Below are positions 1-12,695 of a stretch of 64,000 nt of DNA, one piece after another. The stretch lies in assembly GCF_000026545.1 (NCBI RefSeq), contig NC_011601.1; one strand, 5' to 3'. The position numbers and the translations under genes are program-made. How positions within the stretch are numbered: position 1 is the stretch's first letter; each line of letters starts with the position of its first letter. The stretch is from Escherichia coli O127:H6 str. E2348/69 (GTDB lineage Bacteria; Pseudomonadota; Gammaproteobacteria; Enterobacterales; Enterobacteriaceae). The notes under the pieces were generated by a model that saw only the letters and a program-made list of their open reading frames with translations, did not search any database and was not told the DNA's origin.

Positions 1-1170
<1,170 letters not shown>

Positions 1171-1190
<20 letters not shown>

Positions 1191-2220
1191 AATCACCTGT
1201 TGTGTTGATAAGTTCCCTGACAACGCTGGTTGCAAAACTTCCCGCCGGAAGCCAGAAACGGATTTCTACGGTGACATCATCCCACCAGTTCCAGCTTAAT
1301 TGTTGCGGATACAGCAGCATCGCTCTGCGCGCGGCTTCAACTTTTTCGCGCACCAGTAAGGTTTGTAATTCAGTTTCTTCGGCGACAGCTGCTTGTTCGA
1401 ATGCCAGCGCTTCACGCTGAGTTCCCCACTCGCCACTGCCCGGCAATGCGGCGGTTATCATCAGCTCTTTATCGTTGACGCGACGCTGTAATTCCGCCAG
1501 TTCTTCGGTGGTTGCGACAAACCAGCTACCACGTCCGGCTAATTGTAGCGCATCGCCGTCAACAACTTGATTAACGTCTGCTTTTTTGAGGCGCTCAGCA
1601 ACAATCTGATTAAAAAACGCACTGCGGGCTGCCGACAACCAAAAACTCCGTTTATTGCGATCGCGCACCGGAGTATTGGTTTGCGCCCAGCGCAGCGCAC
1701 CCTGCAAGTTGCTACCGCCAATCCCAAAACGTTGGGCACCGAAGTAGTTCGGTACACCTTTTACGCAAATATCGATCAGACGTTGTTCAACGTCATCGCG
1801 ATTGCTCACTTCGCGTAGTACCAGGGTAAAGGCGTTACCTTTCAGCGCCCCTAAACGCAGCTTGCGCTTGTGCCGCGCATACTGCAGCACCTGGCAGCCT
1901 TCCAGTTGAAAGGCGCTCAGATCGGGCATCTCTTTGCCCGGCACGCGAGCGCATAACCACTGTTCCGTAACAGCATGTTTATCTTTTTGCCCAGCGAAGC
2001 TGACTTCACGGGTATGAATTTTCAGGAATTTCGCCAGTGCATCCGCCACAAAACGGGTATTGCAGCCGTTTTTGAGGATTCTAACCAGAATATGCTCACC
2101 TTCACCATCAGGCTCAAAGCCCAAATCTTCCACCACCACAAAGTCTTCCGGATTGGCTTTCAGCAGCCCGGTGCCTTGCGGTTTACCGTGGAGGTAAGTG
2201 AGATTATCAAACTCAATCAT
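1171..2220 (-). CDS. truD: tRNA pseudouridine(13) synthase TruD
   Basis: 349-aa ORF, TruD-like sequence; overlaps surE start as in ispDF-truD-surE-pcm operon. Confidence 0.9.
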
Positions 2221-2696
2221 TTTGTTGCCTTAATGAGTAGCGCCACCGCTTCACAGGCAATCCCTTCCCCACGTCCGGTAAATCCCAGTTTTTCCGTAGT
2301 AGTGGCTTTCACGTTAACATCATCCATATGGCAGCCGAGATCTTCGGCAATAAACACGCGCATTTGTGGAATGTGCGGCAACATCTTCGGTGCCTGAGCG
2401 ATGATAGTGACATCGACGTTGCCGAGGGCATAACCTTTCGCCTGAATACGACGCCAGGCTTCGCGCAACAGCTCGCGGCTGTCGGCACCTTTAAATGCCG
2501 GATCGGTATCCGGGAACAGCTTGCCGATATCTCCCTGCGCCGCCGCGCCAAGCAATGCATCGGTCAACGCATGGAGCGCCACGTCGCCATCAGAATGCGC
2601 CAGCAATCCTTTTTCGTAAGGAATGCGTACGCCACCAATGATAATTGGGCCTTCACCGCCAAAGGCGTGTACGTCAAAACCGTGTCCAATTCGCAT
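2217..2696 (-). CDS. ispF: 2-C-methyl-D-erythritol 2,4-cyclodiphosphate synthase
   Basis: 159-aa [16 protein letters not shown]..., IspF family; 4-bp overlap with truD. Confidence 0.92.
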   Translation of the reverse strand: MRIGHGFDVHAFGGEGPIIIGGVRIPYEKGLLAHSDGDVALHALTDALLGAAAQGDIGKLFPDTDPAFKGADSRELLREAWRRIQAKGYALGNVDVTIIAQAPKMLPHIPQMRVFIAEDLGCHMDDVNVKATTTEKLGFTGRGEGIACEAVALLIKATK

Positions 2697-3406
2697 TATG
2701 TATTCTCCTGATGGATGGTTCGGGTGAGGTAAAATTCGGCCAGCGCCAAATCCTCCGGGCGCGTTACCTTGATGTTATCCGCGCGGCCTTCAACAAGTTG
2801 CGGATGAAAACCGCAATATTCCAGCGCCGAGGCCTCATCGGTAATGGTAGCGCCTTCATTTAGAGCGCGCGTCAGGCAGTCATGTAACAGCTCACGAGGG
2901 AAAAATTGCGGCGTCAGTGCGTGCCATAAGCCATTGCGATCAACGGTGTGAGCAATGGCATTTTTACCCGTCTCGGCGCGTTTCATCGTATCGCGCACCG
3001 GCGCAGCGAGGATCCCTCCCGTGCGGCTGGTTTCGCTCAACGCCAACAGGCGCGCGAGGTCATCCTGATGCAGACAAGGACGAGCGGCGTCATGCACCAA
3101 TACCCACTGCGCGTCGCCAGCGGCTTTCAGACCTGCCAGCACGGAATCGGCACGCTCTTCACCACCATCAACAACCGTGATTTGTGGATGATTCGCCAGA
3201 GGAAGTTGTGCAAAGCGGCTATCGCCAGGACTTATGGCAATGACGACACGTTTCACCCTGGGATGCGCCAGCAGCGCATGCACCGAGTGTTCAAGAATGG
3301 TTTGATTACCGATTGAGAGATATTGCTTAGGACATTCCGTTTGCATTCGGCGGCCAAATCCGGCCGCCGGAACCACGGCGCAAACATCCAAATGAGTAGT
3401 TGCCAT
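2696..3406 (-). CDS. ispD: 2-C-methyl-D-erythritol 4-phosphate cytidylyltransferase
   Basis: 236-aa ORF with [10 protein letters not shown] nucleotidyltransferase motif; adjacent to ispF. Confidence 0.92.
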   Translation of the reverse strand: MATTHLDVCAVVPAAGFGRRMQTECPKQYLSIGNQTILEHSVHALLAHPRVKRVVIAISPGDSRFAQLPLANHPQITVVDGGEERADSVLAGLKAAGDAQWVLVHDAARPCLHQDDLARLLALSETSRTGGILAAPVRDTMKRAETGKNAIAHTVDRNGLWHALTPQFFPRELLHDCLTRALNEGATITDEASALEYCGFHPQLVEGRADNIKVTRPEDLALAEFYLTRTIHQENT

Positions 3407-3424
3407 GTTAATTCCCGGGCTGAT

Positions 3425-3736
3425 TTATCGATTGTTTTGCCCCGCAGACTGTGCGCGCTTTGACGCGTCAGGCACCAGACGATAAAACGTTTCGCCCGGC
3501 CTGGTCATGCTGAGTTCATTACGCGCACGCTCTTCGAGCGCCTCCTGGCCGCCATTGAGATCGTCAATTTCGGCAAAAAGCTGATCGTTTCGCGCTTTAA
3601 GTTTCGCGTTTGTAGCTTGCTGTGCCGCCACATCATTATTGACGCGAGTATAGTCATGTATACCGTTCTTACCGAACCACAGCGAATACTGTAGCCAGAC
3701 CAGAATAGCCAGCAACAGCAGCGTTAGTTTACCCAT
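3425..3736 (-). CDS. ftsB: cell division protein FtsB
   Basis: 103-aa ORF, N-terminal TM helix then coiled coil; position upstream of ispD. Confidence 0.9.
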
Positions 3737-3928
3737 CCTGCCCCCTGAAAAACGGCATCTTCATCCCATGCATCCGAAGACGACTCTACATCCTCTGTTG
3801 GGGATACCGCGACAACGCGGGCAAATGTACCACATTTGTCCATTGTTACGTATACCCAGGGCGTGCAGAACATAATCTCATTATTAGTTACGGATTGAAT
3901 TATGAACAGAATAGAGAGGAAAGAACAA

Positions 3929-4252
3929 TTAACCCAGTAGCCACATAAACAGCGCACCAAACATAATGCCAACCGTCGCCAGAGTGAAAACAATACTGTA
4001 GCGTAGCTTTCCGTCCATCAATGAATGCAGTGCAATCCCCACCACCACTGCGACGGGCATCAGCGCCAGAAAGAAAGGCCAGGTGTAGATAAAAAAGAGC
4101 AGCGTGTTAGAGCCATAAATCAACATCGGAATTGCCAACGCGCACAGCCACGATAAAAAACCAACCACAGCGCCTGGCAGCGACCATGTGGTGTCTTCAA
4201 CCTCAGTAAGGCTGTCGTTATTTGTTAATGTAATGTTGTGGCTGTTACGCAT
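3929..4252 (-). CDS. ygbE: small inner-membrane protein YgbE (DUF3561)
   Basis: 107-aa hydrophobic ORF between ftsB and cysC, as in K-12. Confidence 0.75.
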   Translation of the reverse strand: MRNSHNITLTNNDSLTEVEDTTWSLPGAVVGFLSWLCALAIPMLIYGSNTLLFFIYTWPFFLALMPVAVVVGIALHSLMDGKLRYSIVFTLATVGIMFGALFMWLLG

Positions 4253-4301
4253 ATCTGATCCTGTTACTTTGACGAACCGGGCATGAAAACCCGGTGGTGT
4301 C

Positions 4302-4907
4302 TCAGGATCTGATAATATCGTTCTGTCTCAACAGATCTAATAATTGCTGTACCAAATTTGTTACTAATTGTTCACCATTGAGATGAATTTCTGCCGATTC
4401 AGGCGCTTCGTAAACGGAATCTATTCCCGTAAAGTTGCGCAGTTCACCGGCACGCGCTTTCTTATATAAACCTTTTGGATCGCGGGCTTCGCAAATCGCC
4501 AGCGGCGTATCGACAAACACTTCGATAAAGCGCCCTTCTCCTACGCGTTCGCGAACCATCTGGCGTTCGGCGCGGTGTGGCGAGATAAATGCGGTCAGCA
4601 CCACCAGTCCGGCTTCAACCATCAAATTCGCCACTTCACCGACGCGACGGATATTCTCTTTACGGTCGGCATCGCTAAAACCGAGATCGCTGCATAATCC
4701 GTGGCGAACATTGTCGCCATCCAGCAGATACGTACTGACGCCAAGTTTATGTAACGCCTCCTCCAGCGCCCCCGCGACGGTTGATTTACCGGAACCAGAG
4801 AGGCCGGTAAACCACAGCACAACACCACGATGACCGTGGTGCTGTTCGCGTTGTTGCGGAGTTACTGGGTGGCTATGCCAGACGACGTTTTCGTCATGCA
4901 GCGCCAT
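4302..4907 (-). CDS. cysC: adenylyl-sulfate (APS) kinase
   Basis: 201-aa ORF with P-loop GLSGSGKST; last gene of cysDNC. Confidence 0.93.
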   Translation of the reverse strand: MALHDENVVWHSHPVTPQQREQHHGHRGVVLWFTGLSGSGKSTVAGALEEALHKLGVSTYLLDGDNVRHGLCSDLGFSDADRKENIRRVGEVANLMVEAGLVVLTAFISPHRAERQMVRERVGEGRFIEVFVDTPLAICEARDPKGLYKKARAGELRNFTGIDSVYEAPESAEIHLNGEQLVTNLVQQLLDLLRQNDIIRS

Positions 4908-6334
4908 TATTTATCTCCTAGCAAATCGCGCGCGCCCCAGTGCGGAAAGTGGCGGCGAACCAGAGCATTCAATTCCAGTTCGAATACACTGAATTGAGAT
5001 GGCGCAGCAGTTGCCTGGCTAACTGGCTCGTGCACCATACCGGCACCTACGGTCACATTGCTCAGGCGATCGATTAAAATCAGCCCACCGGTCACCGGAT
5101 TTTGCTGATAACGATCTAACACCAGTGGCTCGTCAAAAGTGAGATCCACCAGGCCGATGCCGTTCAGCGGCAGGTTTTCAACTTCGCGTTGGGTAAGGTT
5201 ATTGATATCAACCTGATAACGAATGCCATCAACACGAGCACGCGTCTTCTTACCGGCAATTTTGATGTCATAACTCTGGCCCGGGGAAAGCGGCTGTTCC
5301 GCCATCCATACCACATCCACCGACGCGCTCTGCACAGCCGGTAACGTTTCGTCTGCCGCCAGCAGCAGATCGCCACGGCTAATGTCGATCTCATCCGTCA
5401 GCACCAGGGTGATCGCTTCTCCGGCAAAGGCTTCTTCGCGATCGCCATCAAAAGTCACGATCCGCGCGACGTTTGATTCCACACCAGAGGGCAGCACTTT
5501 GACACGTTGCCCGACTTCCACGCGACCGGATGCCAGCGTTCCGGCGTAGCCACGAAAATCGAGATTCGGACGGTTAACGTACTGCACCGGGAAGCGCATT
5601 GGCTGAGCATCCACCACTCGCTGGATCTCCACGGTTTCCAGCACTTCCAGCAGTGTCGGACCGCTGTACCACGGCATACTTTCACTTTGCGAAGCCACGT
5701 TGTCGCCTTCCAGTGCGGAGAGCGGCACAAAGCGGATATCCAGATTACCCGGCAGCAGCCCGGCAAAAGTCAGATAATCTTCACGAATACGGGTGAACGT
5801 CTCTTCACTGTAATCCACCAGATCCATTTTGTTGATCGCCACGACCAGATGTTTGATCCCCAACAGTGTGGAGATAAAACTGTGACGACGGGTTTGATCG
5901 AGCACGCCTTTACGGGCATCGATCAGTAAGATCGCCAGTTCACATGTCGATGCGCCAGTCGCCATATTGCGGGTGTACTGCTCGTGCCCTGGGGTGTCGG
6001 CGATAATAAATTTACGCTTCTCGGTAGAGAAATAGCGGTAGGCCACATCAATAGTGATGCCCTGTTCGCGCTCAGCTTGCAGGCCGTCCACCAGCAGTGC
6101 CAGATCCAGCTTTTCGCCCTGGGTGCCGTGACGCTTACTGTCGTTATGCAGCGATGAGAGCTGATCTTCGTAGATTTGGCGGGTATCGTGCAGCAGGCGA
6201 CCAATCAGGGTACTTTTGCCGTCATCGACGCTACCACAGGTCAGAAAACGCAGCAGGCTTTTATGTTGTTGCGCAATCATCCAGGCTTCGACGCCGCCTT
6301 CATTGGCGATTTGTTGTGCAAGTGCGGTGTTCAT
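4907..6334 (-). CDS. cysN: sulfate adenylyltransferase subunit 1 (GTPase)
   Basis: 475-aa ORF with GTPase motifs ([18 protein letters not shown]). Confidence 0.93.
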   Translation of the reverse strand: MNTALAQQIANEGGVEAWMIAQQHKSLLRFLTCGSVDDGKSTLIGRLLHDTRQIYEDQLSSLHNDSKRHGTQGEKLDLALLVDGLQAEREQGITIDVAYRYFSTEKRKFIIADTPGHEQYTRNMATGASTCELAILLIDARKGVLDQTRRHSFISTLLGIKHLVVAINKMDLVDYSEETFTRIREDYLTFAGLLPGNLDIRFVPLSALEGDNVASQSESMPWYSGPTLLEVLETVEIQRVVDAQPMRFPVQYVNRPNLDFRGYAGTLASGRVEVGQRVKVLPSGVESNVARIVTFDGDREEAFAGEAITLVLTDEIDISRGDLLLAADETLPAVQSASVDVVWMAEQPLSPGQSYDIKIAGKKTRARVDGIRYQVDINNLTQREVENLPLNGIGLVDLTFDEPLVLDRYQQNPVTGGLILIDRLSNVTVGAGMVHEPVSQATAAPSQFSVFELELNALVRRHFPHWGARDLLGDK

Positions 6335-6335
6335 C

Positions 6336-7244
6336 TTAAAAATACCCCTGACGTTTTTTCAGCTCCATAGACCCCGCCTGGTCGCGGTCAATCACGCGGC
6401 CCTGACGTTCACTGGTGGTGGAAACCAGCATCTCTTCGATGATCTCCGGCAGTGTTTGTGCATTTGACTCCACCGCACCGGTCAGCGGCCAGCAGCCCAG
6501 CGTACGGAAACGCACCATCCGTTTTTTAATCACTTCGCCCGGTTGCAGGTCGATACGGTTGTCATCAATCATCATCAACATACCGTCGCGTTCCAGAACC
6601 GGACGTTCCGCAGCGAGATACAGCGGCACAATGTCGATATTTTCCAGCCAGATGTATTGCCAGATATCCTGCTCGGTCCAGTTAGAGAGCGGGAAGACGC
6701 GGATGCTTTCGCCTTTGTTAATTTGCCCGTTGTAGTTGTGCCACAGCTCCGGGCGCTGATTTTTCGGATCCCAGCGATGGAAGCGGTCACGGAAAGAGTA
6801 GATTCGCTCTTTAGCGCGGGATTTCTCTTCGTCACGGCGCGCGCCACCGAAGGCGGCATCAAAACCGTATTTGTTCAGCGCCTGTTTCAGGCCTTCGGTT
6901 TTCATAATATCGGTATGTTTCGCGCTGCCGTGTACGAATGGATTAATCCCCATCGCCACGCCTTCCGGGTTTTTATGCACCAGCAGCTCGCAGCCGTAGG
7001 CTTTCGCCGTACGATCGCGGAACTCATACATCTCGCGGAATTTCCAGCCGGTATCGACATGCAGCAACGGGAAAGGCAGCGTACCTGGATAAAACGCCTT
7101 GCGCGCCAGATGCAGCATGACGCTGGAATCTTTACCGATAGAGTAGAGCATCACCGGATTTGAGAATTCTGCAGCCACCTCGCGAATAATGTGGATGCTT
7201 TCCGCCTCCAGTTGCCGCAGGTGGGTAAGTCGTTTTTGATCCAT
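6336..7244 (-). CDS. cysD: sulfate adenylyltransferase subunit 2
   Basis: 302-aa ORF, PAPS-reductase-like fold (SIGKDSSV); upstream of cysN. Confidence 0.93.
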   Translation of the reverse strand: MDQKRLTHLRQLEAESIHIIREVAAEFSNPVMLYSIGKDSSVMLHLARKAFYPGTLPFPLLHVDTGWKFREMYEFRDRTAKAYGCELLVHKNPEGVAMGINPFVHGSAKHTDIMKTEGLKQALNKYGFDAAFGGARRDEEKSRAKERIYSFRDRFHRWDPKNQRPELWHNYNGQINKGESIRVFPLSNWTEQDIWQYIWLENIDIVPLYLAAERPVLERDGMLMMIDDNRIDLQPGEVIKKRMVRFRTLGCWPLTGAVESNAQTLPEIIEEMLVSTTSERQGRVIDRDQAGSMELKKRQGYF

Positions 7245-7495
7245 AACCGTTCCTTTGCAATACCGCTATTTTCTTGCCATCAGATGTTTCGACTATAGGG
7301 AGCGTAAGAGAACGAATGAAATTACCAATTAGAATGAGTAGTTCCTTAACGGAATAACGATTTGGCAAAGCTAATATCAAAAAGTGCTTAAGGCACCGGA
7401 TTTCGGGCGTTTAGGAAGATTTGAAATTGTTTTAGCGCAGCGGCAGTTTCATACTATGGCGGTAAAAAAATTTGCATGGTATTTAAGGACTCACT

Positions 7496-8533
7496 ATGTT
7501 TTCCGCATTGCGCCACCGTACCGCTGCCCTGGCGCTCGGCGTATGCTTTATTCTCCCCGTACACGCCTCGTCACCTAAACCTGGCGATTTTGCTAATACC
7601 CAGGCACGACATATTGCTACTTTCTTTCCGGGACGCATGACCGGAACTCCTGCAGAAATGTTATCTGCCGATTATATTCGCCAACAGTTTCAGCAAATGG
7701 GTTATCGCAGTGATATTCGGACATTTAATAGTCGGTATATTTATACCGCCCGCGATAATCGCAAGAGCTGGCATAACGTGACGGGAAGTACGGTGATTGC
7801 CGCTCATGAAGGCAAAGCGCCGCAGCAGATCATCATTATGGCGCATCTGGATACTTACGCCCCGCTGAGCGATGCTGACGCCGATGCCAATCTCGGCGGG
7901 CTAACGTTACAAGGAATGGATGATAACGCCGCAGGTTTAGGTGTCATGCTGGAACTGGCTGAACGCCTGAAAAATACGCCTACCGAGTATGGTATTCGAT
8001 TTGTGGCGACCAGCGGCGAAGAGGAAGGAAAATTAGGCGCTGAGAATTTACTCAAGCGGATGAGTGACACCGAAAAGAAAAATACGCTGCTGGTGATTAA
8101 TCTCGATAACTTAATTGTTGGCGATAAGCTGTATTTCAACAGTGGCGTAAAAACACCTGAAGCAGTAAGGAAATTAACGCGCGACCGGGCGCTGGCAATT
8201 GCCCGCAGCCATGGAATTGCCGCCACCACAAATCCAGGTTTGAATAAAAACTATCCGAAAGGCACCGGGTGTTGTAATGACGCAGAAATATTCGACAAAG
8301 CCGGTATTGCTGTACTTTCGGTGGAAGCGACTAACTGGAATCTTGGCAATAAGGATGGTTATCAGCAACGCGCAAAAACAGCCGCATTCCCTGCAGGAAA
8401 TAGCTGGCATGACGTAAGACTGGATAATCAACAGCATATTGATAAGGCACTTCCTGGAAGAATAGAACGCCGCTGCCGTGATGTTATGCGGATAATGCTA
8501 CCGCTGGTGAAGGAGCTGGCGAAGGCATCTTAA
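7496..8533 (+). CDS. iap: alkaline phosphatase isozyme conversion aminopeptidase
   Basis: 345-aa ORF with signal peptide and M28 peptidase-like sequence; divergent from cysD as in K-12. Confidence 0.88.
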   Translation: MFSALRHRTAALALGVCFILPVHASSPKPGDFANTQARHIATFFPGRMTGTPAEMLSADYIRQQFQQMGYRSDIRTFNSRYIYTARDNRKSWHNVTGSTVIAAHEGKAPQQIIIMAHLDTYAPLSDADADANLGGLTLQGMDDNAAGLGVMLELAERLKNTPTEYGIRFVATSGEEEGKLGAENLLKRMSDTEKKNTLLVINLDNLIVGDKLYFNSGVKTPEAVRKLTRDRALAIARSHGIAATTNPGLNKNYPKGTGCCNDAEIFDKAGIAVLSVEATNWNLGNKDGYQQRAKTAAFPAGNSWHDVRLDNQQHIDKALPGRIERRCRDVMRIMLPLVKELAKAS

Positions 8534-8871
8534 TGGGTTTGAAATGATTACTCCCTTGCCTGCAGGAAATCAATGCCACCAGAAACAGAGTATAAAAAAG
8601 GGTGCAGGAGACCAAACCATCACAATTCAGTACGCGGGGTTTTACCCCGCGTGGTGGCTACTTCTTCGATTCGTAAGCGAGAACTGCCTTAAACTCCATA
8701 CCACGTTCTCTGATACTCAACTCACACAACGAGTCGCCTACCATCAACGTGAATCCCAGTACTGTACAACACAGTACGATGATTGCCACAAGGGCATATT
8801 TTGTCAGCATGTCTGTGTAAGTTCACAGAGATATTGCAATTGCCTCCGGATAAGTAAGGGGAGATTGCACT

Positions 8872-10146
8872 ATGCAAATGCAGCATCTGATGGTTGGCTA
8901 TCCTAAGTACTACCAAACGGCCGATTATGCGTTGAGGCTTTCAGTGATGGCTGATATAGCAACAATGAGAATGAAGGCTCTGCACTTCTGGGATAAACAC
9001 GGTATTTCTGCAGCTTCTGAAGCCTTTGGCGTGTCCTGCCGCACGCTTTACTGGTGGCGTCAGTTACTGAACAAGGAAGGACCTGAGGGGCTAATCCCGC
9101 ACAGTAAGGCACCTCTGGTGCGACGAAAAAAACACTGGCATCCCGATGTGCTGAAAGAGATTCGACGCCTCAGGACAGAGCTGCCGAACCTCGGTAAAGA
9201 GCAGATTTTTGTTCGCCTGAAGCCCTGGTGCGAACAGCGCTATCTGGCCTGTCCGAGTGTTTCCACCATCGGCAGAATGATCGCTGCCGCACATGATAAA
9301 ATGCGGATGATACCTGTGCGTCTGGGATCGCGGGGGAAGGCACTGCTTGTCAAAAAGCGGTCTGCCAAACCCCGCAGGCCAAAGCACTACCGCCCGGTAA
9401 AGACAGGTGAGCTCATTGGGATGGACGCCATTGAGCTCAGAATGGGCGAACTGCGTCGCTATGTCATCACCATGATCGACGAATGCAGCAATTACGCGCT
9501 GGCGCTGGCTGTGCCGTCACTCAACAGTGATATCGTCAATCACTTCTTCAGCCGCGCAGCCCGGTTGTTCCCGGTCGGTATCAGCCAGATAATCACAGAT
9601 AACGGAAAAGAGTTCCTGGGAAACTTCGACAAAACGCTGCAGGAAGCCGCTATCAAACACCTCTGGACCTATCCCTACACGCCAAAAATGAACGCTATCT
9701 GTGAACGTTTTAACCGGACGTTAAGAGAGCAGTTTATTGAATTTAATGAGATTTTACTCTTTGAAGATCTGGCGCTATTTAACCAGAAGCTGGCGGAATA
9801 TCTGGTGCTGTATAACAGCAAAAGACCCCACAAGGCGCTCGCACTAATGACGCCCGTGGAATATATTTTAAAAGAGAATAAAAATTGCAATATGTGGTGG
9901 ACCCATACAATGTCTTGCCTCCTTGCAAAGAAGAGACTAACATCCGAATTGCTTAGGTTCGAACGTAGGCCTCAGGTTGATAGAAATATCGCCTGGGGCT
10001 TTTGTCCATCTGGAACCTCGCGAATGCTTAACGCCAGACAGCCTCAAGCACCCAACGCCATTCTATACCTGTTAATTTTCCCTGCGATGTTCACCTTTAA
10101 ATGCCGGAATGCTGCTCGCAAAATAAAAACGCCCCATCATTTCTGA
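8872..10146 (+). CDS. IS-like DDE transposase (integrase-core/rve fold, IS481-family-like); C-terminal ~80 codons probably read-through into flanking DNA
   Basis: N-terminal HTH-like segment (GVSCRTLYWWRQ), then integrase catalytic hallmarks (D in MDAIELR, ITDNGKEF, ICERFNRTL). ORF extends into the cysH terminator hairpin at ~10127..10157. Family assignment by motif recognition only. Confidence 0.6.
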   Translation: MQMQHLMVGYPKYYQTADYALRLSVMADIATMRMKALHFWDKHGISAASEAFGVSCRTLYWWRQLLNKEGPEGLIPHSKAPLVRRKKHWHPDVLKEIRRLRTELPNLGKEQIFVRLKPWCEQRYLACPSVSTIGRMIAAAHDKMRMIPVRLGSRGKALLVKKRSAKPRRPKHYRPVKTGELIGMDAIELRMGELRRYVITMIDECSNYALALAVPSLNSDIVNHFFSRAARLFPVGISQIITDNGKEFLGNFDKTLQEAAIKHLWTYPYTPKMNAICERFNRTLREQFIEFNEILLFEDLALFNQKLAEYLVLYNSKRPHKALALMTPVEYILKENKNCNMWWTHTMSCLLAKKRLTSELLRFERRPQVDRNIAWGFCPSGTSRMLNARQPQAPNAILYLLIFPAMFTFKCRNAARKIKTPHHF

Positions 10147-10157
10147 CAGAGGCGTTT
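10127..10157 (-). terminator. putative intrinsic terminator downstream of cysH
   Basis: Inverted repeat AAACGCC / GGCGTTT (17-nt loop) followed on the minus strand by a T-rich run, immediately 3' of cysH stop (10175). Confidence 0.4.
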
Positions 10158-10174
10158 AATTTATCCGGCAATAT

Positions 10175-10909
10175 TTACCCTTCGTGTAATCCACATTCCC
10201 TTTTTAAGCCAAAGAAACGCGTTTCTTCTTCCGCCATGCCGGGTTCCCATTTACGGGTTGTATGGGTATCGCCCACCGATAAATATCCTTCATCCCATAA
10301 TGGGTGATATTTCAGGCCATGTTTTTGCAGGTACTGATAAATAGTTCGGTTATCCCAGTCGATAATCGGCAGCACTTTAAATACGCCACGCTGAATTGCC
10401 AGCACCGGTAAATTGGCGCGACTGCCGGATTGTTCACGGCGCAGGCCAGCAAACCAGGTTTGCGCATTCAGTTCTTTCAGCGCCCGGTTCATCGGTTCGA
10501 CTTTGTTGATGTCATTGTACTTTTCAATGCCTTCAACGCCCTGCTCCCACAGTTTGCCGTAGCGTGCTTCCTGCCAGGCGGCGCTTTCGGTAGCACGATA
10601 CACTTTCAGGTTGAGCTTGAGTTTGTCCGTTAACTCGTCAATAAAGCGGTAGGTTTCCGGGAACAGATAGCCGGTATCGGTGAGGATCACTGGAATATCC
10701 GGGCGAATCTGATTCACCAGATGCAGACTCACCGCCGCCTGAATGCCAAAGCTGGAAGAAAGTACATATTCACCGGGCAGATTATCCAGCGCCCAGGCTA
10801 CGCGGCCTTCAGCGTCCAGTTTTTCCAGTTGGGCGTTAGTTTCCGCCAGCGCCAGAATCCGGTCTACCTTTGGCAGTTCGTTCAGGGCGTTTAGATCGAG
10901 TTTGGACAT
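10175..10909 (-). CDS. cysH: phosphoadenosine phosphosulfate (PAPS) reductase
   Basis: ORF 10175..11062; conserved start [14 protein letters not shown] at internal Met gives 244 aa; C-terminal ECGLH motif. Confidence 0.92.
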
Positions 10910-10919
10910 AAGTTCCTCA

Positions 10920-10962
10920 CTGTTTGCCTTGCCTGATGCAACGCTTACACGTCTTATCAGGC
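10920..10962. repeat. REP (repetitive extragenic palindromic) element
   Basis: GCCTGATGCAACGCTTACACGTCTTATCAGGCCTACAAG in the cysI-cysH intergenic gap; REP consensus-like. Confidence 0.7.
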
Positions 10963-10982
10963 CTACAAGACCAGGCTGATGG

Positions 10983-12695
10983 TTAATCCCACAAATCGCG
11001 CGCCGGATCGAGCACCGGGCGAATGATGCCCGCACGCACCGTAAAGTCGCCGAAGCCTTCACCCACTTCGCGCTCTTTCGCCCAGCGCCCTATCAGTTCA
11101 TCAAGCGACGCCAGGATTTCCGACTCGGTGATGTTTTCTTTATACATCCGTGGGATACGTGTCCCAATGCGGTTGCCGCCAAGATGCAGGTTGTAGCGAC
11201 CCGGCGCTTTCCCCACCAGACCCACTTCCGCCAGCATCGCGCGACCACAACCGTTCGGGCAGCCTGTTACACGCATCACGATATGCTCATCGCTGACACC
11301 ATGTTTCGCCATTAAATTATCGATGTTGTCGATAAAAGACGGCAGGAAACGCTCCGCTTCCGCCATCGCCAGCGGGCAAGTCGGGAATGACACGCAGGCC
11401 ATTGAGTTTTCACGCTGCGGCGTGACGGCATTCATTAACCCGCTCTCTTTGGCGATCTTCTCGATCTTCGCTTTCTCGCTTTCCGGCACGCCGGCGATGA
11501 TCAGATTCTGGTTCGCCGTAATGCGGAAATCACCTTTGTGGATCTTCGCGATCTCCAGCAGGCCAGTTTTCAGCGGGCGCCCCGGATAATCAAGAATTCG
11601 ACCATTTTCGATAAACAGCGTCAGGTGCCAGTTATCATCAATGCCCTTAACCCAGCCAATACGATCGCCGCGTCCGGTAAACTCATACGGGCGAATCGGC
11701 TCGAATTTGATCCCCGCGCGACGCTCAACTTCCGCTTTAAACGTCTCAACCCCCACGCGCTCCAGCGTGTATTTGGTTTTGGCATTTTTACGATCGGTTC
11801 GGTTACCCCAGTCACGCTGAGTCGTCACGACGGCTTCTGCCACCGCCAGCGTATGCTCCAGCGGCAGATAACCAAACTCACTCGCCGTGCGGGCGTAGGT
11901 TTTCTTGTTGCCGTGCTCGATGGAAAGCCCACCGCCCACCAGCAGGTTAAAGCCCACCAGCTTGCCGTTTTCGGCGATCGCCACGAAGTTCATGTCGTTG
12001 GCGTGCAGATCGATATCGTTCTGCGGCGGGATCACTACCGTGGTTTTGAACTTACGCGGCAAATAAGTCTGACCGAGGATCGGTTCTTCATCGGTGGTGG
12101 CGACTTTTTCCTGATCGAGCCAGATCTCCGCATACGCGCGGGTACGCGGCAGCAGATGTTCAGAAATTTTCTTCGCCCATTCATATGCTTCCGCATGCAG
12201 CTGCGACTCGTAAGGGTTCGAGGTGCAGAGTACGTTACGGTTCATGTCGTTGGCGGTCGCCAGCGCATCAAGACCGACCGAGTGCAGCATCTGATGCACC
12301 GGTTTGACGTTCTTTTTCAGAATGCCGTGGAACTGGAATGTCTGGCGGTTGGTCAGGCGAATGCTGCCATAGATGGTGTTTTCACCGGCAAATTTGTCGA
12401 TCGCCTGCCACTGTTTAGTGGTAATCACCCCACCCGGCAGACGACAGCGAAGCAGCATCGCGTGACGTGGTTCCAGCTTCTGTTCAGCACGTTCGGCGCG
12501 GATGTCGCGGTCATCCTGCTGATACATGCCGTGGAAGCGGATCAACAGGAAGTTATCACCCTTAAAGCCGCCGGTCAGACCGTCATTTAAATCTTCCGCA
12601 ATGGTGCCGCGCAGGTAGTTGCTTTCAAGCTTCATGCGCTCGGCGTCTGTCAGTTTTCCTTCGACCACTAAAGGTCCTGGATGTTTTTCGCTCAT
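10983..12695 (-). CDS. cysI: sulfite reductase hemoprotein beta subunit
   Basis: 570-aa ORF, sulfite/nitrite reductase family with siroheme/4Fe-4S Cys motifs. Confidence 0.93.

Noticed and set aside
8620-8660. Hairpin CGCGGGG-TTTTA-CCCCGCG considered as a degenerate CRISPR repeat
   Set aside because: Single copy, no spacer periodicity, and arm order does not match the I-E repeat in either orientation.
8544-8916. ORFs 8544..8906 (+, 120 aa) and 8722..8916 (-, 64 aa) in the iap-transposase gap
   Set aside because: Cys/His-rich low-complexity translations with no recognizable domain or plausible RBS; they overlap each other and the likely IS left end. Treated as noncoding.
11538-12590. 350-aa ORF on + strand
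   Set aside because: Antisense shadow of cysI.
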